Shown here: one piece after another, positions 18,917 through 31,574 of the stretch
Numbering within the stretch: position 1 is the first letter of the stretch
Layout: every line of letters begins with the position of its first letter
The notes under the pieces: model-generated
Seen by the model: only the letters and a program-made list of their open reading frames with translations
Told to the model about the DNA's origin: nothing
The model's database searches: none
DNA from: Candidatus Latescibacterota bacterium
Lineage (GTDB): Bacteria > Latescibacterota > UBA2968 > UBA8231
Direction of reading: 5' to 3'
Assembly: GCA_965243025.1 (NCBI GenBank)
Contig: CBDETY010000003.1
Span: forward strand, 4,704,001 to 4,768,000
DNA: 64,000 nt
Translations under genes and position numbers: made by a program

Positions 18917-20200
18917 GTGTCCGATTTCAACACCATCGAAGAGGCAGTCGAGGAGCTCCAGGCGGGGCGGATGATCGTCCTCGTGGACGAGCGCGCCACC
19001 GATGTCGACGGGACCGAGCTGGTGGGCGAGGGCGAACTGGTTATGGTCGCCGAGCTCGCCGACGCCGAGGCGATCAACTTCATGACCCGGCACAGCGGCG
19101 GGCCCCTGTACGTCACCGCGGGACAGGAGCGCCTCGGGGCGCTCGGGATCGACACGTTCCAGGCGGGAAGCCACGGGCCTCGGGGCGCGGCGATCATGAC
19201 CCCTGTAAACGCCGCCGACGTCCAGGGCACCGGTGTCTCCGCACAGGACCGCGCCAGAACGGTCGCCAGACTGTCGGATCCGCGGTCGCAGCCGGGCGAT
19301 TTCGTGCAACCAGGCCACGTCACGCCCTTGCGGGCCCAGCCGGGAGGGGTCTTGCGGCGGGCAGGACATACCGAGGCATCCGTCGACCTGGCGACCATGG
19401 CCGATTGCCAGCCCTTCGCCCTGATAGCCGCCATCCTCGACGACGAAGGAGAGCTGGCGCCCACCCCCTACCTGCTCTCCTTCGCGGAGCGCCACGGCTT
19501 CAAGATCGCCACGATCCGCGACCTGATCGCCTACCGCCGCCGCACTGAAAAGCTGATCACCCTCGAAGCGCGCGCCCGCTTGCCTACCCGGCACGGGGAG
19601 TTCGCGGCCTACGGCTACCGCAGCCTGGTCGACGGCTCGCCCTACCTGGCGCTGGTAATGGGGGAGCTCGACGGAGAGGACACTCTGGTGCGCATGCACT
19701 CCTGCTGCGTGACCGGCGACGCCCTCGGCTCCTACCTGTGCGACTGCGGCGAACAGCTGGAGCGATCCTTCGAGATGATCGCCGCCGAGGGGCGGGGCGT
19801 CATCGTCTACATCCAGAGCCACGAGGGACGCGGCATCGGCCTGATTCACAAGCTGAAAGCCTACGAGCTGCAGCAGGAAGAGGGGCTGGACACCATCGAA
19901 GCCAACCACGCCCTCGGCCTCCCGGCCGACGCGCGGGATTACGGGGTCGGCGCCCAGGTGCTCTACGACCTCGGCCTGCGGCGGGTCCGTTTCCTGACCA
20001 ACAACCCGCGGAAACGGGTCGGCCTCGAGGGCTACGGACTGACCGTCGTCGAGCAGGTGCCGATCGCCGTGTCGCCGAACCCGCACAACATCGACTACCT
20101 GCAGACCAAGCGCGACAAGCTGGGCCACCTCACCATCCTGCGGAAGCAGATGGAAGGCGGCGATCCCAAAGGAAACACGGGTAATGCCCGAGGGGCATGA
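18917..20200 (+). CDS. ribBA: RibBA fusion: degenerate DHBP synthase domain plus GTP cyclohydrolase II
   Basis: N-terminal TGVSAQDR, PGHV, RRAGHTEASVDL; C-terminal HSCCVTGD, CDCGEQL, EGRGIGL, LTNNPRK. Confidence 0.88.
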   Translation: MSDFNTIEEAVEELQAGRMIVLVDERATDVDGTELVGEGELVMVAELADAEAINFMTRHSGGPLYVTAGQERLGALGIDTFQAGSHGPRGAAIMTPVNAADVQGTGVSAQDRARTVARLSDPRSQPGDFVQPGHVTPLRAQPGGVLRRAGHTEASVDLATMADCQPFALIAAILDDEGELAPTPYLLSFAERHGFKIATIRDLIAYRRRTEKLITLEARARLPTRHGEFAAYGYRSLVDGSPYLALVMGELDGEDTLVRMHSCCVTGDALGSYLCDCGEQLERSFEMIAAEGRGVIVYIQSHEGRGIGLIHKLKAYELQQEEGLDTIEANHALGLPADARDYGVGAQVLYDLGLRRVRFLTNNPRKRVGLEGYGLTVVEQVPIAVSPNPHNIDYLQTKRDKLGHLTILRKQMEGGDPKGNTGNARGA

Positions 20201-20651
20201 ACCCCGGCTCGACGCCGCCGGGCACACCTTCGCGGTGGTCGTCAGCCGCTTCAACCACTCCATCACCCGCCGTTTGCTCGACGGCGCGCTCGACGGATTG
20301 AAGCGCTACGGATGTTTCGACAGGGACATCGAGGTCCACTGGGTTCCCGGTTCCTTCGAGCTTCCCATCGCCGCGCAAAAACTGGCGGGCAGCGGAAGGT
20401 TCGACGTCGTGATCTGCCTGGGGGCGGTCATACGATCGGACACCCCCCACTTCGATTTCGTGGCCGCCGAAACCGCCCGCGGGATCTCCCGCGTCGGTCT
20501 CGATACCGGCGTCCCTGTTACCTTCGGGGTCCTGACCACCGACAACGTCGACCAGGCTGTCGCGCGGGCTGGAGGCGCCGCTGGAAACCGGGGCTGGGAC
20601 GCCGCCCTCAACGCCATCGAAATGGCCGGACTGATGGCGGAGTTGAGATAG
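20184..20651 (+). CDS. ribH: 6,7-dimethyl-8-ribityllumazine synthase
   Basis: VSRFN, VPGSFELP, GAVIRSDTPHFDFV and FGVLT motifs. Confidence 0.95.
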   Translation: MPEGHEPRLDAAGHTFAVVVSRFNHSITRRLLDGALDGLKRYGCFDRDIEVHWVPGSFELPIAAQKLAGSGRFDVVICLGAVIRSDTPHFDFVAAETARGISRVGLDTGVPVTFGVLTTDNVDQAVARAGGAAGNRGWDAALNAIEMAGLMAELR

Positions 20652-20709
20652 TGCCGGCACCTGCGGTCCCGGTCGCCGGCATCCGCCACGCCCCTGATTT
20701 CCGGGTTCC

Positions 20710-21216
20710 GTGACCACTCCCCACCCCGACCGCGGCGAGTACCGCGAGGCTCCCATCCTTTTTCCGGAGCAGGAGGAGTCCTCCTGGACCGACAAGCCGC
20801 TTGCCGACACCCGGAACGGCGCCCGTCAGCTGGCTCTGCAGGTTCAGTACTGGGAAGCCAGCTCCCCGGGCGACGCCGAGAAAGCCCTGGCCGATCTCGG
20901 ATCGAGACGCGGGATTGCCGGGGGAAATCTCGAATTCGCCTCCGCCCTGGTGCGCACCTCCCTGGGTCACCGGGAGGAACTCGACGACCTGGTCGCCGCC
21001 ACCGCTACCAACTGGAACCGCGAGCGTCTGGCGCGGCTGGACGCGCTCATTCTCAGGCAGGCGGCGGCCGAGATCATCCACTTCGACGACATTCCGGAAA
21101 AGGTGTCGATCGACGAGGCGGTCGAACTGGCCAAGGCCTACGGCTCCGAGCGCTCCTACGCCTTCGTCAACGGGGTTCTCGACGCTATCGTCCGGCAGCT
21201 CGAGCGGCAAGCGTGA
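20710..21216 (+). CDS. nusB: Transcription antitermination factor NusB
   Basis: ARQLALQ, VSIDEAVELAK and FVNGVLD motifs; follows ribH. Confidence 0.93.
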   Translation: MTTPHPDRGEYREAPILFPEQEESSWTDKPLADTRNGARQLALQVQYWEASSPGDAEKALADLGSRRGIAGGNLEFASALVRTSLGHREELDDLVAATATNWNRERLARLDALILRQAAAEIIHFDDIPEKVSIDEAVELAKAYGSERSYAFVNGVLDAIVRQLERQA

Positions 21217-21556
21217 ATCCGACGCGGCTTCCGGGAGCCGGCGGCCTCGATGCACATTCCTGCAACTGATTTCCCGACGCCAGCGGCGTCCCGGCCCTGT
21301 TCGAGAGGCTGCCCGCGAAATCCCCGGTACCAGGCTGTGCGCCGACGTCCTGCTCCCGGGGCGGGGCAGTCATCCATACGCGGCTGACCTCACCGGCATC
21401 CTCTGCCGTGGCGGACTTGGGGATCTGACATACTTTCTATTCTTTGCACCTCGGCGAACAGGACGGAGAGCGTGAGCCGCGGTCGAGCCCCCTGACCCGG
21501 ACCGCTGCGCTGCGAGATCCCGCCTGCCGGAACCCGACCGACACACTTCCTTGTCC

Positions 21557-24859
<3,303 letters not shown>

Positions 24860-24889
24860 AAACCGCCCGTCCCCCTCCGCTGCCGCAGC

Positions 24890-26368
24890 ATGGACCTCGA
24901 CAACTGGCAGATTGCCTGCCTCTCCTTCTATTGCTTCATCGTGGCGGTACTCAGCCTTTACGGCTTTCACCGCTGGTTCATGCTCAGGCTGTACTTCAAG
25001 CACCGCGGCGATTCTACTGCCCCGCGCTCCCGCTTTCCGGAGCTTCCCGGGGTGACCGTGCAGCTGCCCCTCTACAACGAGTACCACGTCGTCGACCGCC
25101 TGCTCACCGCGGTCGGCGAGCTCGACTACCCCCGTGACAGACTGCAGGTGCAGGTTCTCGACGACTCCGTCGACGAGACCCAGGAGCGCGCCCGCCGGGC
25201 GGTCGAGCGGCTGGCCGCGGAGGGGTTGAACATCGAGTACCTGCACCGGGATTCCCGGGCCGGATTCAAGGCGGGAGCCCTCGCCGCCGGTCTCGGGCGC
25301 GCCGAGCACGACTTCATCCTCGTGCTCGACGCCGACTTCGTACCCCGGCCCGACCTGCTGCAGCGCGCCATTCACTACTTCACCGACCCGGAAATCGGCA
25401 TGGTTCAGATGCGCTGGGGGCATCTGAACCGCGACTACTCCCTGCTGACCCGGATTCAGTCGATCTTCCTCGACGGCCATCTCGTCATCGAGCACACCGC
25501 ACGCAACCGCTCGGGCCGCTTTTTCAACTTCAACGGCACCGCGGGTATCTGGAGAAAGCGCAGCATCCTCGATGCCGGCGGCTGGGAGCACGACACCCTG
25601 ACCGAGGATCTCGACCTGAGCTACCGCGCCCAGCTGGCGGGATGGAAGTTCCTGTTCCTTCCCGAAGTCGAGGTCCCCGCCGAGCTCCCCGTCGAGATCA
25701 ACGCCTTCAAGTCCCAGCAGCACCGCTGGACCAAGGGAGCGGTGCAGACGGCGAGAAAAATCCTGCCGCGGGTGTGGCGCAGTCCCGTCCCGCTCGCCGT
25801 CAAGATCGAAGCCACCTTTCACCTGACGGCAAACAGCACCTACCTGCTGATGCTGGCGATGGCCCTGCTGATGCTGCCGGTGTTCGAGATTCGCGCCGAG
25901 CTCGACTGGCGTCAGCGCATGTTCATCATCGACCTGCCGCTGTTCTCGATGGCGACGATGGCAATCTCCGGTTTTTACCTGGTCTCGCAGAAGGCGCTCT
26001 ACGTCGACTGGAAGAAGCAGATAAAGTTCCTTCCGGCTCTGATGGCGATCGGCATCAGTCTCTGCATCAACAATGCGCGCGCGGTTCTGGAGGCGCTGGT
26101 GGGCCACCAGAGCTCCTTCCGGCGCACTCCGAAATACGGGGTCGGGAAGACGCGGATAACGGGGAGGAAATACGTCGGTTCGAAGACGTTGCTGGCAGGG
26201 GTCGAAATGTCGATGGCCGTCTACTTTGCAACCATCCTTCAGGAAGCCTGGTCAGTCGGCCTGTACTTCGGAATCCCTTTCCTGTTGCTGTTCCAGACCG
26301 GGTTCCTGTACACGGGAATCCTGTCGGCGTTCCAGCCCTGGATGATGCAAAAAGGCCTCCGTTCCTGA
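24890..26368 (+). CDS. Processive GT2 glycosyltransferase (cellulose synthase-like/CslA-like)
   Basis: VQLPLYNE, LDDS, GFKAGAL, DADF, TEDLDL and QQHRW motifs; multiple TM segments. Confidence 0.9.
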   Translation: MDLDNWQIACLSFYCFIVAVLSLYGFHRWFMLRLYFKHRGDSTAPRSRFPELPGVTVQLPLYNEYHVVDRLLTAVGELDYPRDRLQVQVLDDSVDETQERARRAVERLAAEGLNIEYLHRDSRAGFKAGALAAGLGRAEHDFILVLDADFVPRPDLLQRAIHYFTDPEIGMVQMRWGHLNRDYSLLTRIQSIFLDGHLVIEHTARNRSGRFFNFNGTAGIWRKRSILDAGGWEHDTLTEDLDLSYRAQLAGWKFLFLPEVEVPAELPVEINAFKSQQHRWTKGAVQTARKILPRVWRSPVPLAVKIEATFHLTANSTYLLMLAMALLMLPVFEIRAELDWRQRMFIIDLPLFSMATMAISGFYLVSQKALYVDWKKQIKFLPALMAIGISLCINNARAVLEALVGHQSSFRRTPKYGVGKTRITGRKYVGSKTLLAGVEMSMAVYFATILQEAWSVGLYFGIPFLLLFQTGFLYTGILSAFQPWMMQKGLRS

Positions 26369-26465
26369 AAGACCGGATCCGGTCGTTCGGGAACGAAGGC
26401 CCGAAGTTTTTCCAGCTGGTTCCGAGGCTGCTCGAGCGGCTGAGTCAGCCTCCCTTCTCCAAATC

Positions 26466-26954
26466 TTATTTTGCCGGGAACGGCCAGATCAGGGCGTATT
26501 CGGCCTCGTAATCGAGACCCTTGCGCGCCAGCAGCACTTCGATCGAGGGATAGAAGCGGTCCGCGATGTCGCGGCGCAGGTTCCGGAAGCCGATGGCGAC
26601 CGAATGGGCCTGTCTCCTGAGATCCCCGGTGCGATCCTGCGCCAGCCGCCTGGCGTCATTGAACGAACGCTTGTAAAGACCGTGCGAATGGCGCAAGGTG
26701 TTGTCGTCCGGATCCTCCACGCCGTTCACCACCGCGGCATAGTCCTCGAGCAGCTGGCGGGCATCTGCGACGTGCTGCTCGTTGAGATCGAACGCCGGGT
26801 CGTCCAGGTTGGACAGGTAGTATTGAACCTTCTCGTTGTATGGATGGAATTTCTGGATCGCCATGACGTACGTCTTCAACTCCTCGACCTGGGCCTCGTC
26901 ACTGCATCCAGATAGACCCAGTATCAATGCGCATGCCGCAAGCCCCCGAAACAT
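26466..26954 (-). CDS. Hypothetical lipoprotein
   Basis: Lipobox LSGC; GGGGAG RBS; upstream TTGATT-17 nt-TACGTT promoter-like motif. Confidence 0.75.
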   Translation of the reverse strand: MFRGLAACALILGLSGCSDEAQVEELKTYVMAIQKFHPYNEKVQYYLSNLDDPAFDLNEQHVADARQLLEDYAAVVNGVEDPDDNTLRHSHGLYKRSFNDARRLAQDRTGDLRRQAHSVAIGFRNLRRDIADRFYPSIEVLLARKGLDYEAEYALIWPFPAK

Positions 26955-27146
26955 CGTAAATCTCCCCGTTGAGGTATTTGTTCAGTAGAAGTAAGGCGAA
27001 ATACGCGCTCGGCCGCGCGCCCTCCCCGACTGGGACTCAAACAGCTGTCGAACTCCCCGTCAGTCAGCAAATTTCCGGCGTAACGTACGTCTGATCCGGA
27101 CGAAAATCAAGATAGCCCGTCCGCCCGGGCTGGTCCCCGGGCAGGT

Positions 27147-27174
27147 TTGACGCTGTTTGCGGTGGCAGTACCTT
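27147..27174 (+). promoter_or_regulatory. Sigma70-like promoter of purC
   Basis: TTGACG-16 nt-TACCTT. Confidence 0.45.
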
Positions 27175-27270
27175 TCCTCTGCCCTGGGCCGGCGCCGGCT
27201 CGCAAGTATCGATGGCAGCCCTTGCCTGCCATCCACCTCGATCTCACCCTGCCATGCGGAGTTCGCACCG

Positions 27271-28242
27271 ATGATCCCTCGCGAAAAACTGTACGATCAG
27301 CTCGACAACTGCCTCCTGGACGCCCGTTTCGAACGCTGGGAATCCTGTTACAAGCAGGGCAAGGTCCGCGACATGTACCTCCTCGAGGACAAGCGCATTC
27401 TGATCACCACGGATCGCCAGAGTGCGTTCGACCATGTTCTGGGCACCATTCCGCTCAAGGGGCAGGTGTTGAACCGCATCGCCAAGCACTGGTTCGACCG
27501 GACCAGCGATATTGCGCCGAATCAGGTGATCGATGTTCCGGACGACAACGTCACCGTCGCCGAAGAGCTGGCGATGATTCCGGTCGAGGTGGTGGTGCGC
27601 GCATACCTTACGGGCAGCACTGACACCTCCGTCTGGACCCATTACAACAGGGGGGTCCGCGACTTTTGCGGGTTGCGCCTTCCGGACGGAATGGTGAAAA
27701 ACCAGCCTTTCGAATCGCCGATCATCACTCCGACCACGAAATCCGAGGACCACGACGAGTCCATTTCACCAGAGCAGATCGTCGAACGGGGGCTCGTCGA
27801 GGCCGACACCTGGCAGGAGATCGAACGCCTTGCCCTCGCCCTCTTCGCCCGCGGCTCCGAGCTGGCTGCAAGGCAGGGACTGATTCTCGTGGACACGAAA
27901 TACGAGCTGGGGATCAATTCGCGGGGGGAAATCGCCGTTGCCGACGAAATCCACACTCCCGATTCCTCGCGCTACTGGATCGCCGAAACCTACCCCGAAC
28001 GCCACCAGCGCGGGGATGAGCCGGAGAGCCTCGACAAGGAATTCCTGCGGCTGTGGCTCCGGGAAAAAGGCATCTCCGACGACAACATTCCCGACCTGGA
28101 CAACGACATCCGCGTGCAGGTCGCCGAGCGCTACATCGACCTGTTCGAGCGCGTTACCGGCCAGCCCTTCGCGGTCGAGACCAGTTCCGCTCCGATCAGG
28201 GAGCGCATCGAAAAAGCGATCGCCCCGTATTTCCCGAACTAG
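27271..28242 (+). CDS. purC: SAICAR synthase
   Basis: GKVRD, TDRQSAFD, PVEVVVR, TPTTK, LVDTKYE and DEIHTPDSSRYW motifs. Confidence 0.95.
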   Translation: MIPREKLYDQLDNCLLDARFERWESCYKQGKVRDMYLLEDKRILITTDRQSAFDHVLGTIPLKGQVLNRIAKHWFDRTSDIAPNQVIDVPDDNVTVAEELAMIPVEVVVRAYLTGSTDTSVWTHYNRGVRDFCGLRLPDGMVKNQPFESPIITPTTKSEDHDESISPEQIVERGLVEADTWQEIERLALALFARGSELAARQGLILVDTKYELGINSRGEIAVADEIHTPDSSRYWIAETYPERHQRGDEPESLDKEFLRLWLREKGISDDNIPDLDNDIRVQVAERYIDLFERVTGQPFAVETSSAPIRERIEKAIAPYFPN

Positions 28243-28258
28243 TTGCCCCCAGGCACCA

Positions 28259-28441
28259 TTGATAAAAAACCTCGTCTCCGCAGCGCTGGTGCTCCGCCTC
28301 GAAACCAGGCAGGTCCCCCTCGATCTGGGACTGATCGCCCTGACCTGGTTGCGGCGGCCGGTGATCGAAATCGTGCTGAACCGAGCTTCGGAGAACGCCG
28401 TCCGGCTGCGCAGGAAACTCGACGAAGTCTACCCTTTCTGA
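28259..28441 (+). CDS. Small hypothetical protein (60 aa)
   Basis: TTG start just after purC; protein-like amphipathic composition. Confidence 0.45.
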   Translation: MIKNLVSAALVLRLETRQVPLDLGLIALTWLRRPVIEIVLNRASENAVRLRRKLDEVYPF

Positions 28442-28462
28442 GACTGCTTCTCAGATACCGGA

Positions 28463-28741
28463 ATGCTCCACCGTCAACTGCGTACTGCGCTCGAGGAAAT
28501 CTTCGGCGTCGAATTCGTCAGCGATGCCCTCGCCAACCCCGAGCTAGCCCAGGTCGTCATCTACGAATCTCCCGAGCGCTTCAAGGAGACGGTCCTCGGA
28601 TTTCAGCGGCTGAACTTTCGCGACGAGCAGGTGAAGTACGCCAATCAGCTGGAGCGGGACTTCGGCTTCGCTCTGATCTGCGCGCTTCTCGACGGCGGCA
28701 CCCGCGATCTCGTTGCGGAGCTCGGACTCAGCTATCTCTGA
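28463..28741 (+). CDS. Hypothetical protein (92 aa)
   Basis: Genome-typical codon usage; globular composition. Confidence 0.7.
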   Translation: MLHRQLRTALEEIFGVEFVSDALANPELAQVVIYESPERFKETVLGFQRLNFRDEQVKYANQLERDFGFALICALLDGGTRDLVAELGLSYL

Positions 28742-28820
28742 CTCGTTTCTTGACGATGCGTTCGGTTCTTCGAAGAACTGATGCTGAACGTGTCGGAACC
28801 CGCCCGCTCCCTGAACGTCC

Positions 28821-29060
28821 ATGACTGAACATCGATCCCGGCAACCGGATGCCCCGGGGACCGGGGGCGTCGTGCCTTCGGCAAGCCCGGCTTTCGGCAG
28901 GTGGCAGTCCCTCGTCCACCCCCGCCGACCGCCAGGAGCTTCGCCGCCGATCGACGGGCAACCGACCCTCGATTTCGCTATCTTCCACCTCGATTTCGAC
29001 CTTCTCCCGGGACCGCCGGACAATGACCTCCGGTCCACCACCCCCGTTTACCCGCCGTGA
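28821..29060 (+). CDS. Possible small protein (79 aa)
   Basis: GTGA overlap with the PHP gene; Pro-rich, so weak support. Confidence 0.3.
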   Translation: MTEHRSRQPDAPGTGGVVPSASPAFGRWQSLVHPRRPPGASPPIDGQPTLDFAIFHLDFDLLPGPPDNDLRSTTPVYPP

Positions 29061-29884
29061 GCTACAACCTCGCCGACCTCCACATGCACTCGTTTTGCTC
29101 CGACGGACTCCGCACCCCGGCGGAGGCGGTGGGAGAGGCGCTCCGGGCGGGAGTCCGCGCCATCAGCCTGACCGACCACGACACCGTCGAGGGTGTCGAA
29201 GAGGCGGTGGATGCCGGCCTGCGCCTCGGGATTCGGGTTATTCCCGGAATCGAACTGAGCGCCCACATCGGCGACCGCGAGGTCCATCTGCTCTCCTATT
29301 TCATCCACCGCCGCCACCCGGTACTGACCGATTACGTCGGTCTGCTGCGCCGGCGCCGGCGCGAGCGCGGCGTCGCCATGGTCGAACGCCTCAACGAGCT
29401 CGGGGTCGCCATTTCCATTGACGAAGTGATGCGTCACGCGACGAGCGGTCTCCTGGGAAGACCCCACATCGCCGCGGCGATGGTGGGCGTCGGGGCCGTC
29501 GCCTCGAAGGAAGAGGCCTTCGACCGCTACCTCGGGGACCGCCGTCCGGCCGCGGTGCCGAAACCGCGGTCCCCCGCTGCCGACGTGATCGCCATGGTCC
29601 ACCGCCTGGGGGGCGTCGCCGTCCTTGCGCACCCCGGAAACAGCTGCCCCCTGCCGATGCTGACCCAGCTCGTCAACTCAGGACTGGACGGCATCGAGGT
29701 CTTTCACCCGTCGCACCAGCCCGCCCAGATCGAACACTACACCCAACTTGCCGCGCGCTACGGACTCCTGCCGACAGGCGGCTCCGACAGCCACGGCGAA
29801 GAGTCGGGACCTCGCATAGGAGACTGTGGAATAGGCTGCGAGGCGATCGCGGCCCTCGAAGCGCGCGCCGCCGGGTATGCGTAG
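29057..29884 (+). CDS. PHP domain phosphoesterase (TrpH/YciV-like)
   Basis: DLHMHS..SDG, LTDHDT, GIELS, GRPHIA, LAHP and GGSDSHG motifs. Confidence 0.92.
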   Translation: MSYNLADLHMHSFCSDGLRTPAEAVGEALRAGVRAISLTDHDTVEGVEEAVDAGLRLGIRVIPGIELSAHIGDREVHLLSYFIHRRHPVLTDYVGLLRRRRRERGVAMVERLNELGVAISIDEVMRHATSGLLGRPHIAAAMVGVGAVASKEEAFDRYLGDRRPAAVPKPRSPAADVIAMVHRLGGVAVLAHPGNSCPLPMLTQLVNSGLDGIEVFHPSHQPAQIEHYTQLAARYGLLPTGGSDSHGEESGPRIGDCGIGCEAIAALEARAAGYA

Positions 29885-31574
29885 TCTGCTGCCGGTCCTG
29901 GCGATCGTTTCGGCAGCGACTCTGTCCCTCCAGGCGGCGGCGCCCGGTCTCCTCCCGCAAACCCCGCACCAGGAAGCCGTTCCTCCCGTTCCAGGCCTGC
30001 TCGGAACTGAAATCGGCGACATTGTCTGGAGCGGCCGCTACCTGTGGATCGCCACCGAACGCGGACTGGCGCGGCTCGACCCGACGGACAGCAACGGCCT
30101 CAAGGACAGCGACTGGGTTACCTTCACCGAAGCGCACGGACTCGGGCGCGGTGCGGTGAGCGCCCTGGCCGCGTCCGGCGACACCGTCTGGGCGGCAACT
30201 CTTTTCGACACGACGATCACCGGGATGGACAGATCTCCGCAGGTGGGCAACGGCCTCAGTTTCAGCGTCGACGGTGGCGAGTCGTGGCGGCACATCCCGA
30301 ACGAGACCATCTTCGATCCGTCGCGCCCCACGTTCGCGCGCGGCCCCTCCACTCCGGTCCACAACGCCTGTTTCGGGCTCGCCCTCGACGGCGACACAAT
30401 CTGGGCGGCCTTCTTCGCCGGCTCCTCGGTGCGCTCCCGCGACGCCGGCCGCACCTGGGAACGGGTCCTGCCGGACGGCGCGGATGAGATCGTCTATTTG
30501 CCCGGCGAAAACGATGCCGAGAAGTTTCGCATCCTGGCCGACAGCCTGGCCGACAGCGGCGACGCCGACGAGGAACGGGTGCGGGAAGCTCGCGCCGCCG
30601 CCGACAGTCTCGACCTGCAATCGTTCCTGCATCGCACCTTCTCGGCCCTCGCCTACGACGACACCGTCTGGATCGGGACCTCCGCCGGGGTTGCCCGCAG
30701 CTTCGATGGAGGAACCACCTGGAAGCAGTCCCGGGCCGCCTTCGACGAGTTCGGAGAGCGGCTGGCCGGCAGTCTGAGCGCCAACTGGGTGGTTGCCCTC
30801 GCCAGGCAGCGGCTCCCGGGCGGGGGCAGCGTGGTCTGGGCGGGTGCGAAGTTGGGGCCGGGCAACCTGGAAACGGCGGCCATCAACTTCAGCGCCGACA
30901 ACGGAGAATCCTGGCAGTTCTCGGGGCCGACCTTCGCATGGGGGTTCGCCTTCGCGGAGGATGCGGTCTGGGCCGCCGGCCACGACGGCCTGCTGCGCAG
31001 CGGCGACGCCGGCCTCACCTGGGAGACGGTGATCGTCGAGGACCTGCAGTCGCGGGATCAACTGCGCGAGCCCTTCGTCGGCGTGGAGACCGCGCCGAAC
31101 CCCGAGGGGGGAAGGACGCTCTGGGTCGGGGCGGAAAACGGACTCGCCCGGGGAGCGGTCGCCGACTCGAACGGCGAACCGGTCACCGACATCGAATGGC
31201 GGATCCTGGCGTTTCCCCTGAAAACGCGGGCCCTCGATTCGGGAGACTTCATCGGCGAAGGGGGCGCTGCCGATCCCGACAGCACCCTCACCTACGCGGC
31301 TCCGAGCCCCTTTGCCCCTTCCCGGGACGAGCACACCCGCATCGTCTTCGGACTTCAGAATCCCGCCGAGGTTTCGATTTCCCTCTACGATTTCGCCAGC
31401 CGCCCGGTGCGCGAACTCGTGGTGAACCAACCGCGTTCGGGACAGGGTTACCACTACATCAACTGGGATGGACGTGACGACGGCGGCGACCTCGTGGCCA
31501 ACGGCGTCTACTTCTACCGCCTGAGCACCGATGACGGCGGCCAGGCCTTCGGCAAGGTGGTGGTGCTGGATTGA
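29877..31574 (+). CDS. Exported BNR/beta-propeller protein with FlgD-Ig (T9SS CTD-like) C-terminal domain
   Basis: Asp-box repeats SVDGGESW, SRDAGRTW, SFDGGTTW, SADNGESW, SGDAGLTW; C-terminal PSPF..ISLYD..WDGRDDGG..NGVYFYRL..GKVVVLD. Confidence 0.8.
   Translation: MRSLLPVLAIVSAATLSLQAAAPGLLPQTPHQEAVPPVPGLLGTEIGDIVWSGRYLWIATERGLARLDPTDSNGLKDSDWVTFTEAHGLGRGAVSALAASGDTVWAATLFDTTITGMDRSPQVGNGLSFSVDGGESWRHIPNETIFDPSRPTFARGPSTPVHNACFGLALDGDTIWAAFFAGSSVRSRDAGRTWERVLPDGADEIVYLPGENDAEKFRILADSLADSGDADEERVREARAAADSLDLQSFLHRTFSALAYDDTVWIGTSAGVARSFDGGTTWKQSRAAFDEFGERLAGSLSANWVVALARQRLPGGGSVVWAGAKLGPGNLETAAINFSADNGESWQFSGPTFAWGFAFAEDAVWAAGHDGLLRSGDAGLTWETVIVEDLQSRDQLREPFVGVETAPNPEGGRTLWVGAENGLARGAVADSNGEPVTDIEWRILAFPLKTRALDSGDFIGEGGAADPDSTLTYAAPSPFAPSRDEHTRIVFGLQNPAEVSISLYDFASRPVRELVVNQPRSGQGYHYINWDGRDDGGDLVANGVYFYRLSTDDGGQAFGKVVVLD

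Noticed and set aside
27175-27270. Purine/ZTP riboswitch before purC; FMN riboswitch before the rib genes
   Set aside because: No recognisable consensus; ribD overlaps the upstream gene, leaving no leader.
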